In this document: positions 54,050 through 64,000 of the stretch, piece after piece
Position numbering within the stretch: position 1 is the first letter of the stretch
Layout: each line of letters opens with the position of its first letter
DNA from: Naegleria gruberi
Lineage: Eukaryota
Reading direction: 5' to 3' (one strand)
Assembly: GCA_000004985.1 (NCBI GenBank)
Contig: GG738893.1
Length of the DNA: 64,000 bases
Made by a program: the position numbers and the translations under genes
The notes under the pieces: generated by a model
Told to the model about the DNA's origin: nothing
Seen by the model: the letters and a program-made list of their open reading frames with translations, nothing else
Databases searched by the model: none

Positions 54050-56452
54050 ATGGGCTCAAGTTGTTTAGGGGAAATAAAAAAGGCGAAAAAAATGAACAAG
54101 TTTAACAAAAGGCTTGGCGGGCTCAAGAGTCTTTTGCACTTGTTGAACAACAAGAAATCTTCATCATCATCACTTGCTCGCCTCTATAGTATTAGTTTTT
54201 CAATAGTAAAAGGATCTCCACTATCCGTATTCAATCAGGAAACTGGCTCTTACCAGGAGACCCCAATTTTCTCTGTACAAAGAAATAATACAGCAAAGCC
54301 TACCGAAGTGGCAACTAAACAAACAATCAACTTGACAAAATATGGTTCACATCATGAACACAACAAAATTAAAGGAATTAAACCTATTCCTATACAAACA
54401 AGGAAGGAAAATATCGAGTCTTCGAATGCTTTTATTGCTTCTTCTGCAAGAATTTTGCTCAACAATAGAAAGTTCGAGGATGTCATCAATTTAATCAAAA
54501 GTTCTTGTCCTAAAGATGAGAATGGTGATTTGGATATAAAAACAATAGCTTCACAGGAAGCTGGTACCGAAGTATTATTAAAATTACATCAAGCGTATGC
54601 AGCAATGAAAAATTTGGAAGAAATGAAAAAAATTATACAACACATAACAAATCCTTTAATGTACAACAAATTTCAAGGTGAAATTATCAAACATCATGCT
54701 GCAACTGATAATCATGTTGAGGCTTTAAAATTATTGGGGAATATGGCTTATATTCCTTATTGGAATTTGATTTTCTTGGGCGTAACCAAATTGGTAGTTT
54801 ACCGAATACCAGAGTCAACCCATGAAATTATTACTTTTTTAAATCAATACATCGAGAACCACAAACATGAAATCAATAACACTATTTCAGAGCCCAGTCA
54901 ACATTTAAAGGATTTACCAGCAAATTATTCTATCAAGGATGTAATTATTAGGATTAGAAAATTCTTTGACGGTACAGGTTATGAATTGGATAGAGTAAGA
55001 TTTGCGCTAATGACAATAGAGGCATTGTCTTTATTGGAGGATTTTGGAACAATGGAAATTTTGTTTAATATATTAATTGATAAGAATGAAAATAATGCTG
55101 ATGTGTTATCTAAACTTAAAGGAATAATGATGCACAGCCTTATTTCTCTGGGAAGATATGAGGATGCTCTGTCTGTATTTTTTGATATCAAAACTCCTCC
55201 AAATATTAGAACCTATGAAAAGCTAATGCACGTATATATTGGCATTGGCCATTACGATTTTGCAATCTACTTGTGTGAAACATATGTAAAAAATCCAACA
55301 ACAGAAATTTATGTTTTATTGATCAAAGCTCATATTTTGAAAGGAAATATTGAAAAAGCAGAGTATATTTTAAGAGATGTTATTGAAAATTCAAAACTTA
55401 CTGATGATTCTCAGATAGTAATGAAAACTTTGCTCATGAGTGCCTATGCTGAGGCTGGTATGATTCAGCAAGTTCAAAAATTATTTGATTCAATTGAAAA
55501 ACCGGATGCAAGATGTTATAACGAGTTGATGAAAGCTTATTGTCATATTGGTGACACTAAGAGAGTTAAAGAGATTTTCCAATCAGTTCCATCTAAAGAT
55601 GCTGTCAGTTTCTTGTATTTATTAGATGGTTTAGCTATTGATGGAGATTCATCTACCGCTTTGAAATTCTATAATTTAATACCAAATCCCAACCATATCC
55701 ATGCAGATGCAGTGGTGAGAGCTTTACTGGCAGATACAAAGAGTGGATTAGATGGAGCTCTAAATTTCTTTAACAAACTAAGAAATCCTTCAATATTGAC
55801 TAGAAAGAGAATATTAGGAGCCATTTCTAAAGCAGGTGATTTGGAAAACGCTTTGAGTTTTTTCAAAACTATACCAAATCCTGATACAGAATGCTTTGGT
55901 CTATTGTTGAGAACATTTTTCTATACCCAAGAGCGTTATTTAAGCCGTGCTGAGGAATTTTTCAGTAGAATACCAAATCCAGATGCACAATGTTATGCCA
56001 GTATGATTAGTATTTATGGAAGATCTGGAAGATTAGATTTGGCTGAAAAAATGTTACATCAATATCCATCTCCTTCAACACTTATTGCATTCTTTTATGC
56101 CTATTTTTCAAATAATCCAAAAGAGTCTTTCTGGGAAAAGTATGAAACACTTGAAAAACTTTATCCACGTTGTTTTGATAAGCCAGTTTATTTAGCATCT
56201 ATTAAGGAAGCTGTTAAATATAAGAAAAAAAAACAAAGTATAGCTTTATTCAGAATTTATTTACAAAAAGTTCAAAACAAACAAACTAGGGATCTTTTAG
56301 GTTTGCTTTTGTTTATTGCAAAAGAAAGTTCATATCGGGAAAATGAGACTTTAACTAAAGAGATTATTGATGCTGTTCCAAATTGCATTGCAACACCAAA
56401 TACTTTGGGACAAATCAAGGAAATTGCTTTTGAAATTGAACAATTAATATAA
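54050..56452 (+). CDS. PPR/TPR-like helical-repeat protein (800 aa) with a basic N-terminal presequence
   Basis: ORF from the track. The N-terminus is MGSSCLGEIKKAKKMNKFNKRLGGLKSLLHLL. It has repeated 35-aa degenerate motifs, for example ARCYNELMKAYCHIGDTKRVKEIFQSVPSKDAVSF, and a recurring IPNPN element. Confidence 0.55.
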   Translation: MGSSCLGEIKKAKKMNKFNKRLGGLKSLLHLLNNKKSSSSSLARLYSISFSIVKGSPLSVFNQETGSYQETPIFSVQRNNTAKPTEVATKQTINLTKYGSHHEHNKIKGIKPIPIQTRKENIESSNAFIASSARILLNNRKFEDVINLIKSSCPKDENGDLDIKTIASQEAGTEVLLKLHQAYAAMKNLEEMKKIIQHITNPLMYNKFQGEIIKHHAATDNHVEALKLLGNMAYIPYWNLIFLGVTKLVVYRIPESTHEIITFLNQYIENHKHEINNTISEPSQHLKDLPANYSIKDVIIRIRKFFDGTGYELDRVRFALMTIEALSLLEDFGTMEILFNILIDKNENNADVLSKLKGIMMHSLISLGRYEDALSVFFDIKTPPNIRTYEKLMHVYIGIGHYDFAIYLCETYVKNPTTEIYVLLIKAHILKGNIEKAEYILRDVIENSKLTDDSQIVMKTLLMSAYAEAGMIQQVQKLFDSIEKPDARCYNELMKAYCHIGDTKRVKEIFQSVPSKDAVSFLYLLDGLAIDGDSSTALKFYNLIPNPNHIHADAVVRALLADTKSGLDGALNFFNKLRNPSILTRKRILGAISKAGDLENALSFFKTIPNPDTECFGLLLRTFFYTQERYLSRAEEFFSRIPNPDAQCYASMISIYGRSGRLDLAEKMLHQYPSPSTLIAFFYAYFSNNPKESFWEKYETLEKLYPRCFDKPVYLASIKEAVKYKKKKQSIALFRIYLQKVQNKQTRDLLGLLLFIAKESSYRENETLTKEIIDAVPNCIATPNTLGQIKEIAFEIEQLI

Positions 56453-56453
56453 T

Positions 56454-57034
56454 TTATTGTTTAAATGCTTCTGGATTCTTTTCCATTAAATCTTTCAAAA
56501 GTTGATTTTTGGCAGATTCTTCAGATGATGGCAATCCAAGTTGCTTTTGTCTTTGGTCAAACATCATCTTTTCAACAGTTGATCTAGTTTCAGGATCTAA
56601 ATCTGAGAGTTTAGATGTTTCTGGTTCAATTTTCTTTGTATCAATTTCTTGTTCACCTTCCAAAATTTTGCTCCACCATTGCATTGTGTTGACCTTTTGT
56701 AAGGTAATAATAACTTCCTTCTTATCTTCAATTTGCCAGAAACAATCATCTGGTACAACTTTTTCAGCAAGTTTTCCCTATTGAACGATTATTGTTGTGA
56801 TGATGAAATTAATTGATCAAATTTAATTCCGATAATCATCAAATTGCTACCACTTACATCCAAAATAGGTTCAGCTCCCTTCAAACCAACTTTCAATTGA
56901 TTAGCTTTAATATCAATATCCATTTGCTTTCCGATGGTTCCTTGTGGAACTGGGATGGTAATTGTTACTTCCGAAAGTGTTTGGATGAAAGAATACTTTT
57001 CGTAATTGCCTCCGTTTCCTCTGTTTGGGTTCAT
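56454..57034 (-). CDS. NudC-domain (CS/p23-like) protein, 2 exons (166 aa)
   Basis: Model: join(complement(56858..57034), complement(56454..56777)). On the minus strand the donor is GAT|GTAAGT and an 80-nt intron ends at CAATAG. The protein is MNPNRGNGGNYEKYSFIQTLSEVTITIPVPQGTIGKQMDIDIKANQLKVGLKGAEPILD|GKLAEKVVPDDCFWQIEDKKEVIITLQKVNTMQWWSKILEGEQEIDTKKIEPETSKLSDLDPETRSTVEKMMFDQRQKQLGLP.... This matches the NudC C-terminal pattern (..WTQTL.E..L.VPF..LRVGLKG.P.IDGEL...VK.EES.W..ED.K.V.VHLEK.N.MEWW..L......INTKKI.PENSKLSDLD.ETR..VEKMM.DQRQK). Confidence 0.7.
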
Positions 57035-57139
57035 TTTTTTTATTAATATTTGTTTGACATTTTCCGTTTAGTTTTGATATTTACAATTTGTTTTTTATTA
57101 CCTTTTGGTTTTTAATAAATAATATGAAATTAAGGTTCA

Positions 57140-57492
57140 TTATTCCTCAAATGGATCTGACTTGTTTGCAGTCTTTGCTTGGACAGCCATTTGTGCAGCT
57201 TCCTTTTCCATTTCTTCAATCTTTTGCAATGTTATCGATTTGAGTGGCATGATTTTAGGTTTACTCAATATCTCACTCAATGTACTCTTTTCCGAATAAA
57301 CAAGACCAGCCTTTGCAATGACTTCCGTTATTCCGACAGTTTCTTGTTCCTATTTTATCAATCCAAACAATAATACATTGAAATCATCAATTATAATACA
57401 ATCACAATGAATCCCGATGAATCATCACACAACAATAATAGTTCATACAACAACACTCAACCATCCAAATCACCTACCTTATTGTTCACCAT
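57140..57492 (-). CDS. BBIP1: BBIP10/BBIP1-like mini-protein (BBSome-interacting; 74 aa), 2 exons
   Basis: Model: join(complement(57478..57492), complement(57140..57349)). On the minus strand it reads ATGGTGAACAATAAG|GTAGGT, and a 128-nt intron ends at AAAATAG. The protein is MVNNK|EQETVGITEVIAKAGLVYSEKSTLSEILSKPKIMPLKSITLQKIEEMEKEAAQMAVQAKTANKSDPFEE. The core resembles human BBIP1 ..[25 protein letters not shown]... The 15-nt first exon and the start are uncertain. Confidence 0.45.
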
Positions 57493-57627
57493 TTTTTTAA
57501 GGAGTTTTTGCGCCAACTGTAAAATTGTAAAAATATTTGGAGGTAAATTTTTTGATTCTTTTAAGACTTATTTTCAATGGACATCAAAAGAAGAATCATG
57601 ATTTACGAAAGTGAAATGTAATATTTG

Positions 57628-59326
57628 TTATTTACATAATCTAAATGAAATAATTTCCTCAATAAAACTCTGTTTGAAATTTGTGTTATCATCAGCAGAT
57701 ACATCAAGATCAATATCTTGATTAGTTTGTGGTTTAGTGTTCGAATAGTTGACTAGATATTCACATCCTTTAAAATATTCATGTTCTAAAGCTTGTTGAG
57801 TTGTGATTCGAGTATCTGGATTCCAAGTTAACATTTTCCTCAATAGATCTGCCTCATCTGGTTTAAATTTCGAACACATTTCCTCAAGGAATGGCTTCTT
57901 TCCATCATAATCTTTGGAATCTATTTTTGAGTGAAAGTATTTTGTTGAATTTTCAGTTCCTTTCACATCCTCATTATTTGGATATCCTAGAATTTCGCAA
58001 AACTTTTGTAAATGATTCAGAACTTATCATGTCAATCAATATATATTTGAAGAATTAATACATACTACCATTCACTCTAAATAATTCCTTGTGCATGAAA
58101 TATCCATGTTCCAAACATAACATTTCAAAGAATATACATCCAATGGAAAATACATCTATGGCTGTTGTCTGTTGATGATATTGTACTAGAATTACTTCAA
58201 ATTATTATACTATTAGAATATCCAATAAATACTTACACACAACCTCAGGAGGTCTATAATATCTGAAACAAACATATGAACTTCCCTTTTCTGTTTGCTG
58301 TTTTTTAGAAAGTCCAAAGTCTGCCAATACTACTCGATCACCATCCACCAGTAAATTTTCTGGCTTTAAATCTCTAATATGAGTACAATAATAGTAAGAC
58401 TGATTAGTGTTCATTAAAGCTTACCTATGAATAATTCCAAAATTATGCATATGATTCAATCCACATAATATTTGACACATTATATTCCTACAAACATCAG
58501 ATGAAATTTGTTCCTGAAGTATCCTAGTGGTTGACATGAAATTTGCCAAAGTTCCATCCTTCATATATTCAATAACAATGTACAAATCCTCAGAATCATT
58601 TGAAAAATCCACAAATAATGAAGCAGATGGTGAATAAAATGATTCATCCTCCGTTGAGAAATTACAAGGAGATGAATCAAACCTAACTTTTTCAATATTT
58701 GGACTTGATTGATTTCCTGTAATGTACATGTCAATTAATTTTACAACCTTTTAAAGCAATATAAATTTAAATTCCAACTCACTCTAAATCACATACATTT
58801 GGATGACCATTCAATAGTTTCATAATTTTGACTTCCCTTAACAGATGTTTTCTGTGTCTCTCCGAAAATACATCAATAATCTTTTTAATAGCTACAGGAC
58901 ATTCCAATTCACTATCAAATGCTTTAAACTATCATTTCCGATACGTTATTTCCAATAATCATTCCAATAATGAATTTTTGAATAATATTAAAAACTCACA
59001 ACAACTGAAAAACTTCCTAATCCTAAAGCTCGGACTAAATCTCCTTGAAATTCTGGTAAATATTTCTCTGGAAGATATAATGTAGATTCATAATTTCCCT
59101 TGTATTTAATAAATCTTGTAAGCCTTCCGCTATTAAATAAATTTTTCCTTTCCTCTGAATAATGATCGGAATGTAATTTGGGTGAATCTATTTGTATTGT
59201 TAAAGATGATCGTTTTCTTTCCAAATTACTAGTCGTTGGACTTTTATTCAATATTGTTGTTGTATCCTCATCATGATGATCGGTTTGTTGTTTGTTAGAG
59301 GTAACCTCATTTAGTACATTCGACAT
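57628..59326 (-). CDS. CMGC-group Ser/Thr protein kinase with a GSK3-like activation segment, 6 exons (464 aa)
   Basis: Model: join(complement(59000..59326), complement(58797..58928), complement(58425..58747), complement(58237..58373), complement(58069..58185), complement(57628..57986)), totalling 1395 nt. The introns are 71, 49, 51, 51 and 82 nt, with donors GTGAGT, GTATGT, GTAAGC, GTAAGT and GTAGTA. Motifs include the Gly loop LGLGSFSVV, VAIKKI, HRDLKPENLL, DFGLS, SSYVCFRYYRPPEVV, AIDVFSIGCIFFEML and a C-terminal DTRITTQQALEHEYF. A roughly 60-aa insert sits between beta4 and the hinge. Confidence 0.7.
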
Positions 59327-59398
59327 TTTTTTTTAGAATTTAGAATGCCCGCCCAAGTCAACTACAAAAAGATCAATTCAATTTAGTACAAGAACACT

Positions 59399-60820
59399 TT
59401 ACATGTTTTCTCCTTCTTCTGCATCACTATTTGTTTCAATTTCAAGATGTGTTAATTGTTTCATTTGACTTAAATAATCAGCTCCCTCTGTACCAATATT
59501 ATTGTAACTAATATCAAGATCTGTCAATTGTTTCAATTCACTAATATACTTTGCTCCCTCATTACCAATATTATTGTATTGAATTTTAAGCATTGTCAAT
59601 TCTTTCAAGTTACTAATATGTTTTGCTCCTTCAGCACCAATACCATTGTAACCAATTTGGAGAATTGTTAACTTGTTCAATTCACTTAAATATTTTGCTC
59701 CTTCATCACCAATCTCAGTGTAGCTCACATAAATACTTGTTAGATTTTTCAATTCACTTAAATGTTTTGCACCTTCATTACCAATACGATTGTCACCAAT
59801 AAAAAGAACTGTTAAATTTTTCAATTCACTTAAATATTTTGCTCCTTCATCACTAATTAATCTATTCCCTTGCATATAAAGCTTTGTCAATTCTTTCATG
59901 GTACTGATATGTTTTGCTCCTTCATCATCAATATCATTGTTCTCAATAAAAAGATTTGTCAATTGCTTCATTTCACTTATATATTTTGCTCCTTCTGAAC
60001 GAATCAAGCTATCACTAATGTAAAGATGTGTTAATTGTTTCATTTCACTGATATATTGAGCTCCTTTATCACCAAGGCTACTATAACTGATATTAAGAAC
60101 TTGTAATTGATTCAATTCACTAATATATTTTGCTCCTTCTGTACCAATATTATTGGACTCAATATCAAGAGTTGTCAATTGTTTCAAGTCACTTATGTAT
60201 TTTGCTCCCTCTGTACCAATATTATTGTAACTAATATCAAGATCTGTCAATTGCTTCAATTCACTAATATACTTTGCTCCTTCTACACCAATATCATTTT
60301 CACTAATATTGAGATATGTCAAGTTTTTCAATTCTCTTAAAAATTTTGCTCCTTCTGTACCAATATTATTGGCATTAACATAAAGATTAGTTAATTGTTT
60401 CATTTCACTAACATGTTTTGCTCCTTCTACACCAATACCATTTTCATTAGTAGTACCCTCAATATTGTCATCAATTTCAAGACTTGTAACATGTTTCATC
60501 AATGCAAAAACTTTAAAATCAAACGCATCAGTCCTTCTCTCAAATTCAAGTGTTGAAATATTTGCTAAAAACTGTCCTTGTGGTGGTTTCATTGTATTTT
60601 CACATCTTAAAAAAACTTTTGACCTTTCGGATATGACAGCAAACCACTGTTTGGAAACAAGTGCACAATTTACCATAAATTGAAAGTCAGAGTTGAAACT
60701 TAAAATTTCAAAGAGTACATCATCATAAAATAGGTTAGGCTTGTGTTTTGGTGATTTGTTGGTATCAACCATGTGATGATTTTCACCAATCACTTCTTCA
60801 GGCATTTTTATTTCATCCAT
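59399..60820 (-). CDS. BspA-like leucine-rich-repeat protein (473 aa)
   Basis: Minus ORF from the track. After an N-terminal roughly 110-aa domain there are about 15 tandem 24-aa repeats L..L.I..N.IG.EGAK.IS.LKQLT. The nucleotide-level repeats are visible as well. Confidence 0.7.
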   Translation of the reverse strand: MDEIKMPEEVIGENHHMVDTNKSPKHKPNLFYDDVLFEILSFNSDFQFMVNCALVSKQWFAVISERSKVFLRCENTMKPPQGQFLANISTLEFERRTDAFDFKVFALMKHVTSLEIDDNIEGTTNENGIGVEGAKHVSEMKQLTNLYVNANNIGTEGAKFLRELKNLTYLNISENDIGVEGAKYISELKQLTDLDISYNNIGTEGAKYISDLKQLTTLDIESNNIGTEGAKYISELNQLQVLNISYSSLGDKGAQYISEMKQLTHLYISDSLIRSEGAKYISEMKQLTNLFIENNDIDDEGAKHISTMKELTKLYMQGNRLISDEGAKYLSELKNLTVLFIGDNRIGNEGAKHLSELKNLTSIYVSYTEIGDEGAKYLSELNKLTILQIGYNGIGAEGAKHISNLKELTMLKIQYNNIGNEGAKYISELKQLTDLDISYNNIGTEGADYLSQMKQLTHLEIETNSDAEEGENM

Positions 60821-61152
60821 TATTCACATGCTAAATATGAAACACTATTTATTTAAGATGTGAGAAGTGTTACTCTCCATCATTTTTGTAAAATATATTT
60901 GGACATGTTGAAAATATCAGGGTATTTGCATGACAATCATTGTAACACATGATGGATAAATTGTGTTTTGATTGTTACATTATTTGGAGGTTTAACATCT
61001 TGGAAAACCGTAGATGATAAGGAAGATCACTCACTTTCATTCAAATGGAGGTTGTGAATAAGATTGGACTGTATTTAATTAATAAAACTTGTAATTAATA
61101 AAGTAAATTGAACAAATAAAAGTGAAAGGTTAGTAAAAATTCAAAAGATGTT

Positions 61153-62025
61153 TTATTCTGCAATATTCTTTTTCAACCAAGTAATAATATTTGTCAAGCA
61201 AGTATCCAAATTCATGGCAGAACTATCGTGTTCATCTTTGATAGTTTCGAACATTGTCTTTTCTTCAAGAGTTAAAGACATTTCTTCGAAACTCTTGTAA
61301 GAAAACTTTTGGATGTGTTTCTTATCTACTTTTGCTTCGAACAAATTTTGAATTGTATAGACCTTTGGAAGTGGGTCTAATTTTTCTTCATTTTCAATAA
61401 TTACATTACAATCATAAAAGTGTCTGATATATCTGTCTAGAGGAATATCAGTAACTTTTCTTCGTTTGACAATTGCATCCATTTTCTCTAATAATGTTTC
61501 CAATGGATGAACACAATCAATTTCAATCTTTGGACACTTATTTAATTGGTGGATTACTGATCTGACATCTCGTGTAACTACACAATTATGTTCATCTAAA
61601 CCAATGTCAATATAAATCTCACCACCTTCCAAATTTCTAACTTGGGATTCAAATTTTACCAGAAATACACAAGTTTCACATTCAGTGTCTAATTCGTTTT
61701 TAATTTTCTCAACGACAACAAAAGGAATTAGTCTCTTTGTGTGTTCAAACACGGCGGCAAAGTACTTTTCTCTTTCTTTCTTGTTTTGTGGCATGTGATA
61801 CTTTAACTCTAAATCCATGAAATTGTTCTTTTTTGGAATTAGTTTTAGATCCATATCCTTGGATTGTCTGTTGGATATGTGAAATACCTTAGAGAGAGTA
61901 GAGCCACCTTTGTAGATTACATCAAACTTTCGAGATAGCCAGTAGAGAATGTGGCTTCTCCAGTAATCAAGTTCTAAATCATACAATTGTTTTGACATAT
62001 CAACAAAATCACTACTTGCTGACAT
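61153..62025 (-). CDS. Nucleotidyltransferase of the AbiEii/DUF1814 type (290 aa)
   Basis: Minus ORF from the track, beginning with an ATG. The N-terminal region ...YWLSRKFDVIYKGGSTLSKVFHISNRQSKDMDLKL fits the family signature KGGTAL.L.Y...R.S.D(I/L)DF of AbiEii-type minimal nucleotidyltransferases. Its composition matches the surrounding genes. Confidence 0.45.
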   Translation of the reverse strand: MSASSDFVDMSKQLYDLELDYWRSHILYWLSRKFDVIYKGGSTLSKVFHISNRQSKDMDLKLIPKKNNFMDLELKYHMPQNKKEREKYFAAVFEHTKRLIPFVVVEKIKNELDTECETCVFLVKFESQVRNLEGGEIYIDIGLDEHNCVVTRDVRSVIHQLNKCPKIEIDCVHPLETLLEKMDAIVKRRKVTDIPLDRYIRHFYDCNVIIENEEKLDPLPKVYTIQNLFEAKVDKKHIQKFSYKSFEEMSLTLEEKTMFETIKDEHDSSAMNLDTCLTNIITWLKKNIAE

Positions 62026-62993
62026 TTTTTTTGTTGATGATTAGTTTTTATTCGAAATGACTTGGTGATGTGGACATTCTATGGGAAGAGACACAAATTA
62101 CTGTTACAAGTGGGGAGGAGGGGTAAAAATCTTACTTTTAATTTAGGGGTGTTGGCTAGGAAATTACGAAATAATTGGGGGGTAAAAACATTATTTATTT
62201 AATTATTTCTTAACTAATTCTTCAAATTGTGATTTCTTTGGTACTCCACGTTTCTAATTCTATAGTGGTTCTTCTTCTTGTTCCAATTCCTTCTCTTGTT
62301 AAACCTATGGAATTATAGTTGCTGGGAAAGTCTTCTTAACTTTTTCTTTGGTTATTTTTGTCCGTATGTGGTGAAGTATAAACCATTGTATTGTGCTGGT
62401 TGTTGTTGATTAATCTTCCTTTCTATTTACAAAAGTGTCTTCTAAGGTAATGAATCATCAGTTTGTACCAATGGTTATCCTTAATTAATTTCTTGATGGT
62501 AATTGCTGTAGGAATTCATGAAGTGAAGGTAAGGCGTGTTATTGTTGTTGTGGAAACATTTGGAAGTGCGTGCTTTGTTTTGGTAGAGGGTTAGTTGTAT
62601 TGAGGTTTTTTTAAAATATTTTTTTACTTTTATTAAGCTAGCTTTTACAATAAAGAAAAATCAAGCAAGCTGAAAGCGAAGCTTGGTTTTTCTTAAAATT
62701 TTAATAAAATTACATTACACACGAGTGGGGTGGAGAAAATATTATTTTACATACGAGTGGGGTCAAAACGAAGGACCGTAATTAATGTCTCTTCCCTATT
62801 GCATCAAACTGGCTTTTAGAACGTTAGTACTTTTCAATAGCTCAAACATTACAATAAATTGTTAAATTTTACTATCCTTTCCTTTCTGGTATTATATATC
62901 GAAATTATGAGAACTGTGATCAATAACATAAATTAATAAATGAAGAGGAATTAACCGTTTGGCGCCTTTTTTAAAAATTCAAATTACGAAAAA

Positions 62994-64000
62994 ATGAAAC
63001 AAAGACCAACACCTCAAATTCACGATTTATTGAATTCACCTCCACTAACAATAAAACCCCTCAGAAAAAGCAATAAATCCCTTGATGAAGATGAGAGGTT
63101 GTATCATAGTTATTCCGATAGAAAATTAAGACAAAGCATCGGAAAGACAATGGTTGAACTCAGCAGCCAGAGCAGGGATGTTTCTTCAAGTACCCAAAAA
63201 AGACCATCATCTGCAATGAGTGCAAGCATTGTATCACTTCAAGGACCTACACTTGCATCAACAGGACAATTCATAATGACTGATTCTGTTCAGTCAACTA
63301 AGGGTTATAAATCCCAAGAGGAAGCCAAAATGGAAGATGAATATATCAAGAACTTACAAAAACAAATAGGTTTACTTTCTACAGAGCTTCAGTTGCAAAG
63401 AAAGATGAATGATGAAACTGAGAAAAAGCTTCATGAAAAAACTGAACCAATTGAGGATCCAATTCTTACTATTAAGAAAAAGTTTGCTGAGAAGGATGAA
63501 AATTATAATCAATTCATTGAAAAATTCAAACAAGAAATTGCTGATAGAGAATCAAAGGTTTGTTTAATAGAAATTGCTTCTTAACACTTTGAAGATTGTG
63601 AAATTGAAAGAAAAATACAAAAAGTGGAAAGATAAGAATTTGAAAGAACGAGAACATTCCAAGTTGGAAATTCGTACCCTACATGAGAAGTACGTACCAG
63701 AGGTCATTAAATTGGAAAAGCAAATTGATATGGTTAATTTGAGAGTTAAACAAGAAACAAAAGAGAATGAAAGAAAGAATGATGACATTAAAAGTTTCTT
63801 GAAAGAAATTGGAGAAATTTCAAAGAAGGTTGAATTTATTCAAATGCAAAAAGACCAAGCAGAAAAACAACTTCAACCATTAATGGATGAACTGAATATA
63901 GTAAAGAAGGAATTACTAAGTTATAATTCTAATAGAGATAAAGATAAAAACGAGATTGAATCTTTGAAGGGAAGACTGTCAAAATATGAAAAGGAATGGG
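62994..64000 (+). CDS. Coiled-coil protein, 2 or more exons, 3'-truncated by the window end
   Basis: Model: join(62994..63557, 63595..>64000). The donor is AAG|GTTTGT and a 37-nt intron ends at TTTGAAG. The frame is open to the window end (..ADRESK|IVKLKEKYKKWKDKNLKEREHSKLEIRTL...). The ATG at 62994 follows an A-rich leader. Confidence 0.55.

Noticed and set aside
59399-60820. Nucleotide tandem repeats of about 72 bp flagged as a possible satellite or mobile element
   Set aside because: They are the coding repeats of a single intact LRR ORF (24-aa units), not an independent repeat element.
62860-62895. U5 snRNA-like loop sequence (ttttactatcctttcc)
   Set aside because: It matches only 9-10 nt of the conserved loop I, with no flanking stem or Sm site, so it is insufficient.

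Overview
This 64-kb window is AT-rich (roughly 30% GC by eye) and comes from a gene-dense eukaryotic nuclear genome, not a prokaryote. It carries about 38 protein-coding genes on both strands. Spacers between genes run from 0 to about 950 bp, and one convergent pair has adjacent stop codons (437..1000 + and 1001.. -). There are more than 25 short spliceosomal introns, mostly 37-130 nt, with GTAAGT-like donors and (T/C)AG acceptors. There is one tRNA-Leu(CAA). Products I recognise from the translations are: G-protein beta subunit, CDC48/p97, EFL1-type GTPase, class I PI3-kinase, UDP-glucose pyrophosphorylase, NudC, SSNA1/DIP13, a BBIP10-like mini-protein, a CMGC kinase with a GSK3-like activation segment, a 7TM-RGS receptor, a Ras-like CAAX GTPase, a divergent EF-1alpha-family GTPase, a Nudix hydrolase, ankyrin, BspA-like LRR, DUF4116-repeat, PPR-like and R3H proteins, and a STAND-like P-loop NTPase. 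Two cilium/centriole genes (SSNA1, BBIP10-like) point to a flagellated protist, and a Naegleria-like heterolobosean is a speculative guess only. I saw no CRISPR arrays, rRNA genes or obvious transposons. The most unusual items are a bacterial-type AbiEii/DUF1814-like nucleotidyltransferase ORF beside an atypically long, GC-richer spacer, a Lys/Cys/Tyr-rich secreted tandem-repeat protein, a nested inverted/direct repeat block in a divergent promoter, two GTPases with degenerate catalytic motifs, and three apparent frame disruptions. Exon boundaries were derived by hand from the printed sequence, so treat them as accurate to about +/-2 nt; ORF-track ends are exact.
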